Shown here: positions 52,951-64,000 of the stretch, one piece after another
Layout: each line of letters begins with the position of its first letter
Position numbering within the stretch: position 1 is the stretch's first letter
Assembly: GCA_028534125.1 (NCBI GenBank)
Contig: CM052816.1
Span: 9,984,001 to 10,048,000 of the forward strand
Direction of reading: 5' to 3'
From: Lama glama
Lineage: Eukaryota
Length of the DNA stretch: 64,000 nt
Position numbers and translations under genes: made by a program
Notes under the pieces: model-generated
The model's input: the letters and a program-made list of their open reading frames with translations, nothing else
The model's database searches: none
What the model was told of the DNA's origin: nothing

Positions 52951-55900
52951 AAATAGCAGGATGTATTGGGAACAGTGAGGAGACTCTCAGTGAGTTGATC
53001 ATGGTCTGAATTAGGGAGGTCTCCACAGAGAGACACAGGGTCAGAAGAGAACAGAGTCAAGATTTGGAAACTTGGTTCAACATGGCTTGGTAACTGTGTT
53101 AGGGGACAAAGGAAACTGGTGGGACAGAGAGGGGAAAGAAATTACATTTTTTTTGTTTATTTTGTTTTTGTTTTTTGTTTGGTTTGGCTTTTTGTTTGTT
53201 TTTTGTTTTTAACTGAAGTACAGTCAGTTACAATGTGTCAATTTCTAGTGTACAGCACACAGTCCCAGTCATGCATACACATACATATATTCATTTTCAT
53301 ATTCTTTTTCAAAAAGGTTACTACAAGATACTGAATATAGTTCCCTGTGCTATACAGAAGAAATTTTTTTTAAAATCTGTTTTTATATATAGTGGCTAAA
53401 ATTTGCAAATCTCAAACTCCCAAATTAATCCCTTCCTACCCCTTTTCCCCAGAAATTACAGTTGATGAGTGGATGAACCAAGTCATAATCTAGGTCTCAT
53501 ACTTTTTTAGAACTATTAGTTGCACAGCATGCAGCAAACAGGAGAGCCCATATGAAAGGAGACCCAGGAATAACCCAGGCATGAAGCAGAGTGATAGAAT
53601 AGAAACAAAAAGAAGGATGTGGCTAATTGGTGGTTGATTAGATCAAGGGCCACGGGAGATAGGGATCAAGGGTTTGAAGCCTAGGATTTGAAATAATGAT
53701 GATGGTGCTCTCAGGAGAACAGAAATAGGGAGAAGGCAGGTTGACAGGAAAGATGATCAGGTGTGTTTGGTAAAGTGTTTGAAATGATGTCAGGGCATCA
53801 ATGGAAAAGTTCCATGATAGAATGAAGCCAGGTAAAGTCTAGAGACATAAACCATGTATGTAGAGATGTGGAAAAGACTAAGGAAAGGTTATTTGAATTG
53901 GCAAGAATGAATTCATTAATAAAATATGAGAGGTTAGTTTGAGAATAGTAGGACCAGAAGCCAGAATCTACTCCAACTGTTTTCATTTCCTTCACATTCT
54001 CTCCTTCTTCCTGTGCTTGTTCCATACCTACCCTACGTTTCCTAATTTGAAAAGTGGTTAGTTATGTATTGATCTTGTGTCCCTAGATACATGTCTCTAC
54101 CATTAGCTACAGCTTTTTTCTTTGGTTTCCATGTATCACAAGAACATTTTCTTCTCTTCGGTAAGCATTTACATTTCTCAACTGGAATGTTTCCTCCTCT
54201 CTTACCTGAGCATTTAGTTAATTACTGCTGGAGAGGAATCAATTCCAGGCTGGGAGAAGAGCAATACTGCAGAAAAGTGAGACTCGGGGCTCTATAAATG
54301 AGGAAACGTGGATGGGAGGTGGTCACAACCACTCTGGGCCCAACAGAGGCGGTCTCCAACACTGATGGCTTGCCTCTTTTTAAAAAAAGTTAGTGCAAGA
54401 GCAGTTCAGAAGTTTCCTATAAGTTGGAGATAGATTTTACCAATCAGAGAAAAGAGAAAGGGTGAGAAGTTGACCCCAACTTTGAGGTGAGCTAGTGTGG
54501 CGGCAGCAGTAGTAACAGTAACCATTTACTCAGCCTTTAGCGTCATGATCTGAGCTATGAGCTTCACGTGCGTTAACCTCTTTATTCTTCACAACTCCAT
54601 GTAGGTATAGGTCCACAGTCCCGAATTCATAATTCCAAACCAAACAGAGTTCTGAAAATCAAAAGTTTTTTTTTTTTTGCTTTACTTTGTAACTTGTGTG
54701 ACAGTAAAATCTGTCAAGAGATGATTTCAGGCTATTTATTTTCTTTATGTGTTTTGCTACAGGATTACTAGTGGGCTTGACTCGAGGGTGCTGCTCCAGA
54801 CACCACTGAGCTTTCTGTAATGAACAGTATGTGCATCATAATGACTCTCCTAAAATTAAACAAAAATTCTGAACTCCAAAACTCACCTGGCAGCCAGGGG
54901 TTTTGGAGAAAAAATTGTGAAAACTGAGGGTGATAGATGTGAAGTTTAGCTCAAAGTCACACAGGCAGAGATTTGAAATGAGGTCTGTCATTCTCCAAAG
55001 ACCGGAATCTCAATCATTATGTAACATTCTGGAAATGCGATTATCTTAAGAGCTGGCACCAGAATTTATCTTAGCGGAAAAACTGTCTTCATTGGGAAAA
55101 GAATTTGTTGGGTGTGATATCTTAAGGATCTAGGTGTCATTTGGTCCTGTTTTAACCAAGGAAGGAAGTTGGTAGTTTTGTTCTTGAGTAGAGGGGGTAG
55201 AAAAGAGAAGGAGCAACCAAACACTTGTGGATTAGGCTTCTGTTTGGGAGAAAATGGACAAGAAAGACTCCCGAGTAAGGCTGGTTCTAAAGGCCTACGT
55301 GTTGTTTTGCAGCATTTTGTGGTCTGGTGTGTGATGTGATTCCCTCTACCCTTCCTTTGCAAACTTACGCAAGTTGACTACGCCCACAAGGCTTAGCGTG
55401 AATGGATTAGCCCCGTTTTATCAGGTGCTTCTAGATTGAACAGTGTGCTTGTCTCTGGAGACAGGGGGAAAAAAAGAAGTCATGACCTCCAGGAGTTTAG
55501 TCTAGCAGAAGTGAGAAGAAAAATGAAAAATTAGAATTTGCAGTGTAATGTTCTATAATAGACGTGTGCATAAGTGCAGGGTTTGCAGAGAAAAGTGAGC
55601 AACTCTTTCTGCCTAGCAGAGCACCATTAATCTAGCTATGTATCCACAGTAGCAGCCAAAGCAGGAAGACTATTCACACGACACTGAAAGGTGCTTCTTT
55701 AATAACTGTTATTTGGAAATACCCTACTAGGATTTCCAGTGCTGGAAGAAATTTCCTGTTGAGTTCCAGAGGGCCTTTTGATCTCAGAAGTCCTTTAACC
55801 AAAAATATGATTGTCTGGAAAGTTGCTAAGAGAGTAAATCTCAAAAGCTCTTACTACAAAGAAAAAAAAATGTGCAAATTTATATGGTGACACATGGTAA

Positions 55901-58837
55901 CCAGACTTACTGTGGTGATCATTTTGCAATGTATAAAAATGTGAAATCATTGTGTTGTACACCTGGAACTAATATAATGTTTTATGTCACTTACATTGCA
56001 GTAGAAAAAAGATTATGTCAATTGTTACTCTTCTTTTACTACCCAACGCTAAGTACTTATCACTTGCCTTTCATGTGTTGAATACTGGAAGGTTCTATTA
56101 GAGGGTTTGTGACATTGTTTTCTTGCTATTCTGGTAAATGATTTAAGGAACTAATCTTTAGAATCTGCAGGAAAGAGTGTTCAGAATGAGCCTGATAGTT
56201 GTATTCAGAAATTCATATTTAAGTACATTATTTCCAATCTTAAAACCTTTTTGACCCCGTGTCCACTTTCAGGAACAGCCCTATCTCCTACTCTATTTAA
56301 TGCAAAACTTCTTGAGATGTCATTCTCTTTGTCTCCATTTTTCTCACATTCTGCTCACTTTTTAACTTACTTTAAATGGAATTTACATATTCCTTCTACC
56401 AGCACCTAACACATAATGAATTTACAGAAGTATTTGGTGAATGAAAGATTATACCAGTTATAAAATTTCAATGTGCTAAGGAAGTGGTGAGATTTTCCCC
56501 AGATGAATTGTTAGTCTGAGTGTCAGCCAAAGGACAGCCTTTTTTTTTTTTTTTTGAAAAAAGAAACTTAGAATCCTATGAGGGGGGAAAAGATTCAGGT
56601 AAATTTTGTGTAGTAAAGTAAACAGAAGTATAACTTCGAGTTGGAAGGTAATCAACAAGACTTTAGACATCACTGTGTCTAGCTTAGTGCATAGAGTGAG
56701 AAGGAGGTAGCAGTCCCACAGGCCACTGCAGTGGTTAAACCATCCTGGAGTAGCGTTCCTGGTAACCCCCTTTAAAAAGAACAAAGACAAAATGGAACCA
56801 TCTGGAGGAAGAAAAACGTGAAGCAATACCAAATGAGTAGTTTATGGACTGGGTTATCTCACGGAAGAGAGTATTTAAAGTGGACTATAGTCAGTATTAA
56901 CAAATATTTGAAGGCGGATTATGGGGATAATAAAGCAGAACTGATCTGAGGTCAAGCAGGAAGATAAGCAGAGGGAAATTCCAGAACAGGTTTCAGCACC
57001 ACAGAAGAAACTGCCGATCCCTATCTGTCACCTGAAGTGTTTAAGCATTGGCTAGATTCCCATGGGTAGAGACAAGAGATTTAAACATCAGCGTGAGAGA
57101 TGGAACAGGTGTTCCTTACCCTTCCCAATCCATGATGAAGATGGTTATTCTCAGGAACAATTACAAACCCTTCAAAAACATATTGAGATAATCAGCTGAC
57201 ATTTACTTTGCCTTAAAACTTTGTTAAAAAAAAGTATTCATGCTCTCTAAGTTTAACTATGAGACTTTGATGATGATGTTAAAAAACCAGTCGACTGGAA
57301 CACTGAGAAGTACGTAAGATCAGTCCCTCACTGACGCCTAAGAACCAAGGTTTTATCTCCACTGCCTTCAACATTCTTTGACTATTAAAAAATAAGCCCA
57401 AGAAAGAGAAGAATATTTCAACTCCAGTTAGATGCTCAGTGGTATCAGTTAAAGATCTATTTCAATGAGACCAAAGTAGCGTGAGAGATGGGTCAGGGTG
57501 GATTTCCCACAGATATAGGATGGGTCTTTACAAAGTCACGAAACATTACTCAAGAACAAAAACAAGACATAACAGAGGGGAAGGCTGCCATCCACTGTGC
57601 ATAATAGAAAACAAAGGTATGCATCTGTGAGGGGCAAGCAGGTATTCGTTACATAGGGAGAAAAACACATTACATAAAAAAATCCAGTCTGGTATCTAAG
57701 CAAGGATAGACAGAAGAGAAGAGGATACAAAAATTTACTCACAATGGTTTCTGGCCAATGGTTTCTGATAAGAGTGACACTGCATTGTGATGGGGGAAAT
57801 GATAGTTCCAATAACTGAAAATGGGCTTCTGTCCACAACAAACACATGAAAATAAATCGAATCTTGATGCCTAGTTACATCATCCACAAAAATTAATTAC
57901 AATGGATTGTAGAGCTTCTAGAATTGTATAGAATATCTTCATAATCTTGGGGCAAGTGAAATGTTCTTAAACAGGAAACCAAAAAAAAAAAATCCAAAAC
58001 AAAACCCCACTAACAATAAAGGAAAAGATCGTTAAATTAGATTCTGGTAAAATAAAGGACCTTTGTTCATTACAAGATATCACTGAGAGGCTGAAAATAT
58101 TATACACTCAGTAGGAGAAAATACTTGTATATCTAAAGGAAACTGAAGCTAGTAGAGTAAAGAGACATTGCAAATCATACAGGTTGTTGGTGGCAATATT
58201 AAATTAGGAACCTAGGAACCGAGGCCTCTTGAAGTTTAAGCTACTGCTCTAACCATGACACTAAGCTCAAATGCACAAGTAAATACTTCAAAGCGAGAAG
58301 TGGTAGGACATCGAGAAGTGTATTAGGAAGAACGAACGAGATTTTAAGTCAGATATCAGATATACATTATACATACATATATATCTACATATATACATAT
58401 ACACACAGATACACAGATATACGTGTGAATATATATAGACATATATATGGCAGTATTTGATCTCTATGACCAGAAAAACTGAAATTTCTGTGCCTCAGTT
58501 TTCTATTTGTAAAATGGACATAATAATGCTGTTGGGTTTTTTAACAATGGAAATAAGAAATACCACAGTGCCTGGCATAAAAGTTTTGAAAATTTTCAGC
58601 CACAGTAGTTATAATTATACTGATGATGATGACTAAATTTTTAAAATTATTAAGTGATAGCTTTACAAATGGCTGTGAAAGATCAAAAGAGGACAGAGAA
58701 TCATTACTAGTTGAATCAAGCATCCCAGATATTTTAGCCAAGCTTTAGAGAATGGGTACAATTAAAATCATCAGAGCCTGTATGGAGAATAAGCAGTAAA
58801 GGGAAAAGAAGGGATCATTTAAGAAAAGTCATAAAGG

Positions 58838-59315
58838 CTGGATAAAGAAGATGTGGTATATTTATACAATGGAATACTATTCAGCCATAAAAACCAACAA
58901 CATAACACCATTTGCAGCAACATGGATGTTCCTATAGAATGTGATTCTAAGTGAAGTAAGCCAGAAAGAGAAAGAAAAATACCATATGAGATGGCTCATA
59001 TTGGAATCAAAAAAAAAAAGAAAAGAACATAAATACAAACCAGAAACAGACTCATAGGTATAGAATACAAACTTGTAGTTGCCAAAGAGATGGGGGGTGG
59101 AAAGAGACAGACAGATTTCAAAATGTAGAATAGATAAACAAGATTATACTGTATAGCACAGGGAAATATATACAAGATCTTGTGGCAGCTCACAGTGGAA
59201 AAGAATGTGACAATGAATATACGTATTTTCATGTATAACTGAAAAATTGTGCTCTACACTGGAATTTGACACAACATTGTAAAATGACTATAATGCAATA
59301 AAAAAAAGTTAAAAA
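58838..59315 (+). mobile_element. Young 5'-truncated L1 with 14-bp TSD
   Basis: TSD aaaagtcataaagg at 58824-58837 and 59316-59329. Confidence 0.93.
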
Positions 59316-59543
59316 AAAAGTCATAAAGGTCCCTGAATAATAAAAAGTAAGATTAAAGAGTTAAGATGCAGCTAAGTCAAAGAAGTCTTCAAATGTCAGG
59401 CTAAATATACTAGACAGTATCTCCAGTTTCTGTCATTTTTCTTATTAGTCAAATCTTGGGCATAAGGTGTGAAAATCAACAGATGCCCACCCAATACTGC
59501 CATTCCAGCAAGTATTATCAGCATCCATTAGAATAGTTCTCTT

Positions 59544-59805
59544 CATACAGACTTGTGGTTACCAGGGGGGTAGAGGGTGGGAAGGGATAGACTGGGATTT
59601 CAAAATTGTAGAATAGATAAACAAGATTACACTGTATAGCACAGGGAAATATACACAAAATGTTATGATAAATCACAGAGAAAAAAATGTGACAATGAGT
59701 GTGTATATGTTCATGAATGGCTGAAAAATTGTGCTGAACACTGGAATTTGACACAACATTGTAAAATGATTATAAATCAATAAAAAATGTTAAAAAAAGA
59801 AAAAA
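59544..59805 (+). mobile_element. Young 5'-truncated L1 with 14-bp TSD
   Basis: TSD agaatagttctctt at 59530-59543 and 59806-59819. Confidence 0.93.
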
Positions 59806-62302
59806 AGAATAGTTCTCTTATGGTCTGTTACCGCTCTTTATTCAGGTGAATAATTAGTCCTTGAAACAAAGGGGAATAGGTCATAATAAATTTGCTTGAG
59901 TTCTTGATGGATGATATGCATAGAGATATATACACAGAGAGGTAGAAAGAAGGAAGGAGAGATTTACACAAGACTAGGCCATGTAAATACATTAAGCATG
60001 ACTAATAGTGTAGCTCAGTAGCAGAGTTGTTCCAGCCAATGCCCATCCATCCCCCAGGGCAAGCAGTATTTATTCTGTCAAGACACTGATCACATGAAAC
60101 CTAAATGTATTATCCATTATTCCCATGCATGGCAGGAAGAGTTACATTATTACCAGCTAGCAATTATTATTCCGGGGGAAATGGAAGATAATATTTTTGT
60201 ACAATATTTATTTACTTTTATAGGTTTATGGTCACTCCAAACAAATATATTCGGATATGCATTTTCATAGCTGAGGAAAATGCTTTACCCAGAGCCACAT
60301 CACAGTTGAAACGGCAGATCTGTCCCTGGAGCCAGGTTGGTCTCTCCATGTTCTCTTCAATTTGTTGCCTCTGAAGAGCCATTTCCCACCACAATTTTAG
60401 GACCAGTTTCTAACTAGAATTTTATCCACATTTTATAACAATTAAAAAAAAAACATGATTGCATGGGATCCACAGGATCTCACCACACACAGTGAAATGT
60501 TTTTCAAACTGCAAGTCAGGATTGAGGAACCATGAGAGAGGACAGAATAAAAAGTACCAAGAATCATCACATATAATAAGGTTAAGTTTTATGTCTTAAC
60601 AATCTTATTCATCTACACATATGTACACATACACTAGGCCATAACACAAAATTTATTTTTTACTTTGGGTCCACAGTCAAAATGTTTAACAATCACTGTT
60701 TTAGAAGGAGCCCAGACTTCGGCATCAGATGGATCTAAACCCGAATGTTTTACAGCTGCTATTATTATCTAAAGATTTCCTGCCACAAGATCCCAGTCAA
60801 TTCCCTCTCCTCAGACTAGTTGTGAAACCAAAGAAAAAATTTTTTTCAAATATTAACCTCCCCGCTCCTTTACAGTGGCTACCAGAACCTTCCTATTAGT
60901 AACAAAACTGCCACTTAAATTATGATTTGAGATGAAAAGGGAAAAAACTCCATAAGGGCAGAAATCATATCGATTTCCCTAGCACTGAAGCCAGAGCTTT
61001 TCAATAGTAGGGACTCAATGAATATTTGGATTATAGCAATGGTTGAATAAATAAAAGACTGAAGAAACCAATGAATGACCACAGTAGGCACTGGAGACAC
61101 AGAAATGAACAAGGTATAAATCTGGGTCTTCAAGAACACCAGTGTACACGTGTATTACTCAAGTCATGTTTTCAGTAAATACTGACTTAGACTCTACTAT
61201 TTTCCAGACACTTTACTAGTCACTGCAAACAACACACCCATGTTTGCTCCCTAAAGGTAAAGATGCATTCCATAATAATCATACAAACAGCTATGGGATG
61301 AAATTAAAGTGCAATGCAGGGTATCATGAAATAACACAATGGCAAGGCCTCATCTAGATGCAGAAGAGGATGAGGGACGGTTCCGAAAAGCAGCTCCCAG
61401 AGAAAATCCTATGTAGCCTGAGTCTTCGGGATTAAAACCTGGATGCTTTTTTTCCCTCCATGAAGAAGGAACAGAGCAATGACCAACTGCAGCCCCACAG
61501 GTGAAGCAAGGAGGAAACTGGTGGGGGGTAAAGCTAGAGAGGTAGAAAGGAGCCAAATCATGAGGAGCCCAGACCCCTCCTGAGGGCTGTGGGCCGTGGG
61601 AAACTGGAGAGTGCTGTGACCACATTTACACTCTAGAAAGATCACTGGACCGTCCTACGGAGAGTAGTTTGAGAAAGAAATACTAGCAGACGTTGTTGGG
61701 AGAGTACTTAAAGGAAATTTTAGAAAACCAAGGTGGAAATGATGGCATCATCTTAGACATGACAGTGTACGGTGACAAGAAGTATCCAGAACTGAGGTCA
61801 CTTTGGACCCAGATTCAAGAAGAGAACTTGGGAAGGAAAATTAAGAAGGAAATTAATTAAGAAGGAAAGATGGTGCATGGTAACGGCTGAGGGGGCATCG
61901 GGGAGAAGACTCAGGTTTTGGCTTGACCAACCAGTTGGAAGGAAGAGAAGCAACGGGGAGACTGAAGAGAAAAATATTTGTGGTGATTGATTAAAACAGT
62001 TACATGGAACAGAGTCAGTCTGAAGTACCTGGAGGATGTCCAGACTGTCAAGAAGGCGCTTAATATCCGGTCTGAAGCTCAGAGGAGAGATCTAGGAAAA
62101 AAGATAACATGTATTTTGGAAATAAATAAATGTGTGTATAAATATGTATTATCTGATATCTTTTATAATTATTTGATTACTTTTTCATGGCCTGTCTCCC
62201 CCAACCAAAATGCAATGGAAACTCCACAAGGGCAGGAGCTGTCATTTTTATTCACTGTTACATACCCAGAGGTGAGGACAGTTTTTGGCACACGGTAAGA
62301 CC

Positions 62303-62770
62303 TGGGAGGGTCTAGGATTTTACCCTCTTTGGAAGCTGACAGGTCAGCCTGCCACAGTTAAAGGGATGCCAGCAGAAGACACAGCCTCCTGAGTCAGAGG
62401 AATGAGATGCAACCATTCAATAGCACGTCAGAGTGTCAGCATTCGCTCTGGTTCTCCAGAACCAGTCTCCCTAGGGGCACTGAGGAGGGCTCGGGGTACC
62501 TGCACCGGAAGGCCAGTGTGCCACAAGGGAAGGAGGCCAAGCTTTTAAAAACCCCCTATCTTTTTAAAAGGGCACTAGGCCCGCCCTGGTGAGAGATTAT
62601 CTTACTATAACCAACGGTAAACAAACCTCCCCTTTACTTCAGGCTTTCTAAGGCTGTTTATTGTACAAACGCTCTTGAGAAAATTGATTGAAACACAGGC
62701 AGTCAGTGTCTTTATCCACAAGACGGGCAGAAACACGAGAGAGAGTGAAGAATTGCCTCCCCAAGCAACA
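62303..62770. mobile_element. ERVL-type solo LTR (MER74/MER73-like) ~0.7 kb upstream of the SPINK1 ATG
   Basis: 'tgggagggtctaggattttaccctctttggaagctgacaggtcagcctgccacagtt' resembles a recalled consensus end; terminates 'cccaagcaaca'. Confidence 0.55.
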
Positions 62771-63347
62771 CATAGCGAACACAATATGTATTTTGAATGA
62801 AAGATTAACACTCTGAGGGAGGTCCTAGTATTATTTCTGTTCTTAGATAAACAAATTGAGGCACAGCTGAAGTGAACTTCTTGTAAAAGAACCTGGAACT
62901 ATTATGTGTCTCTAGTGAGCCCACGCCAGCCCCCGAGCACACGTACTCTTTAGGGAACTGAGTCCTCCCTGCCTCTAACCTGCCCCTCTGTTAGCCACTT
63001 TGGGCTTTTGAATGGGTGATAGAAAAAGAGAGAAATGAGACAGAGAATAAAAAAGGGGAGCTTAAGAATGGAGAAGGTTTTTTAGATATCCACACCTGTT
63101 CACACATCCAGAACTACAGAGTGCAAGGAACTCCGAGTTCACCTTACAGATGAGAAAACCAGGCCTCGAGGGAAACAAAGGGGGCCTTTCAGTGGTCACA
63201 GAGGAAGTTAGGGGGAGAACCAACTAACTAACCACGAGTGATCTCTTCCTGACAGTCCTTACCTGGCATATCTCTGGCCCAGCTATTCCTCTTATCTTTC
63301 TGACACAGGTGACATGCCCCAAACCTGGGGGCAGGCTAGGCTACAGA

Positions 63348-63360
63348 GTCAATCAATAAC
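63348..63360 (+). promoter_or_regulatory. SPINK1: SPINK1 proximal promoter HNF1-type element
   Basis: GTCAATCAATAAC (HNF1 consensus GTTAATNATTAAC, 2 mismatches); same sequence and position as recalled for the human promoter. Confidence 0.7.
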
Positions 63361-63501
63361 CAAGGGGATCTGGGCCACAGGGCAGCAGGTGGAGCCTGGC
63401 ATCCTATGCAGCCTATATGACCCCTCCAGTCTCAGGGTTCTGGAGACAAGTGGCAAGTTTAGAGCAGTTTTCGACTGAGCTCTGGACATAGAACTTCAGC
63501 C

Positions 63502-63556
63502 ATGAAGATAGCAAGCATCTTTCTTCTCAGTGCCTTGGCCCTGTTGAGTTCATCTG
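63502..63556 (+). CDS. SPINK1: SPINK1 coding exon 1 (signal peptide MKIASIFLLSALALLSSS-G); gene continues beyond the window
   Basis: 'gaacttcagccATGaag'; 55-nt coding exon as in human (MKVTGIFLLSALALLSLSG); phase-1 donor GTAGGT at 63557; synteny with C5orf46. Confidence 0.93.
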
Positions 63557-64000
63557 GTAGGTGTCTTGGCATATTTTTCTAATTTGTGTGAGACCTTTTT
63601 GACCTGTTACTTTACTGAGCACATTACCGTCTAGATTTAGAGTTTAATCTTGGTCAGCTCTTTTGATCCTAATAAGATGAAATAAGACCAGTGGATGAAA
63701 ATTTTACATAGAAAAAGGGATTGTAACATCACACAAGGAAAACAATGTTACTAGTGGGAAGTGCCCGGAGGCGAAATGGTTTTCCCCAGGCAATAAGCCT
63801 GACCCTTTGTCAGAGATACGGCAGAAAAAAGAAGGGATTATTTCAATCTCAAGTACCTTTTTAACTCTGTAAATGGTTAAGGCCAGTTTACAAATTTTAA
63901 GTTCTCATGGAACCACATAAATAGATAACAATGGTTTACTAAAGGCAGAGTTTGATTCAAAATTTTGACCTACAGATTATTTCCAGAAAAATATTCTTGA

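Noticed and set aside
61230..61255. Short resemblance to the recalled start of the human C5orf46 last exon
   Set aside because: Only ~20 bp, no acceptor, 35 kb away, in L2-like context; likely chance

Overview
Mammalian genomic DNA, most likely camelid (it carries a Vic-1-like tRNA-Ala SINE and four near-identical young L1 3' ends). It is syntenic with human 5q32. Genes: the complete three-exon CDS of C5orf46 (+, 88 aa secreted anionic peptide) and the promoter plus exon 1 of SPINK1 (+) at the right end. There is also an old ANP32E processed pseudogene. The rest is mostly L1, L2, MIR, LTR/ERV1 and hAT repeats, with two exactly 500-N placeholder gaps. The most unexpected signal is a frameshifted, intronless relic of a class A chemoattractant GPCR (FPR/CMKLR1/C3aR-like; ECL2, TM5, TM6, TM7 and helix 8) at about 39.16-39.69 kb between C5orf46 and SPINK1, which the ORF track does not reveal as such. 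SCGB3A2, which lies between these two genes in human, was not found, but the gaps could hide it. All identifications come from manual translation and recalled family sequences; no database search was run. Repeat boundaries are approximate unless target-site duplications (TSDs) are given.
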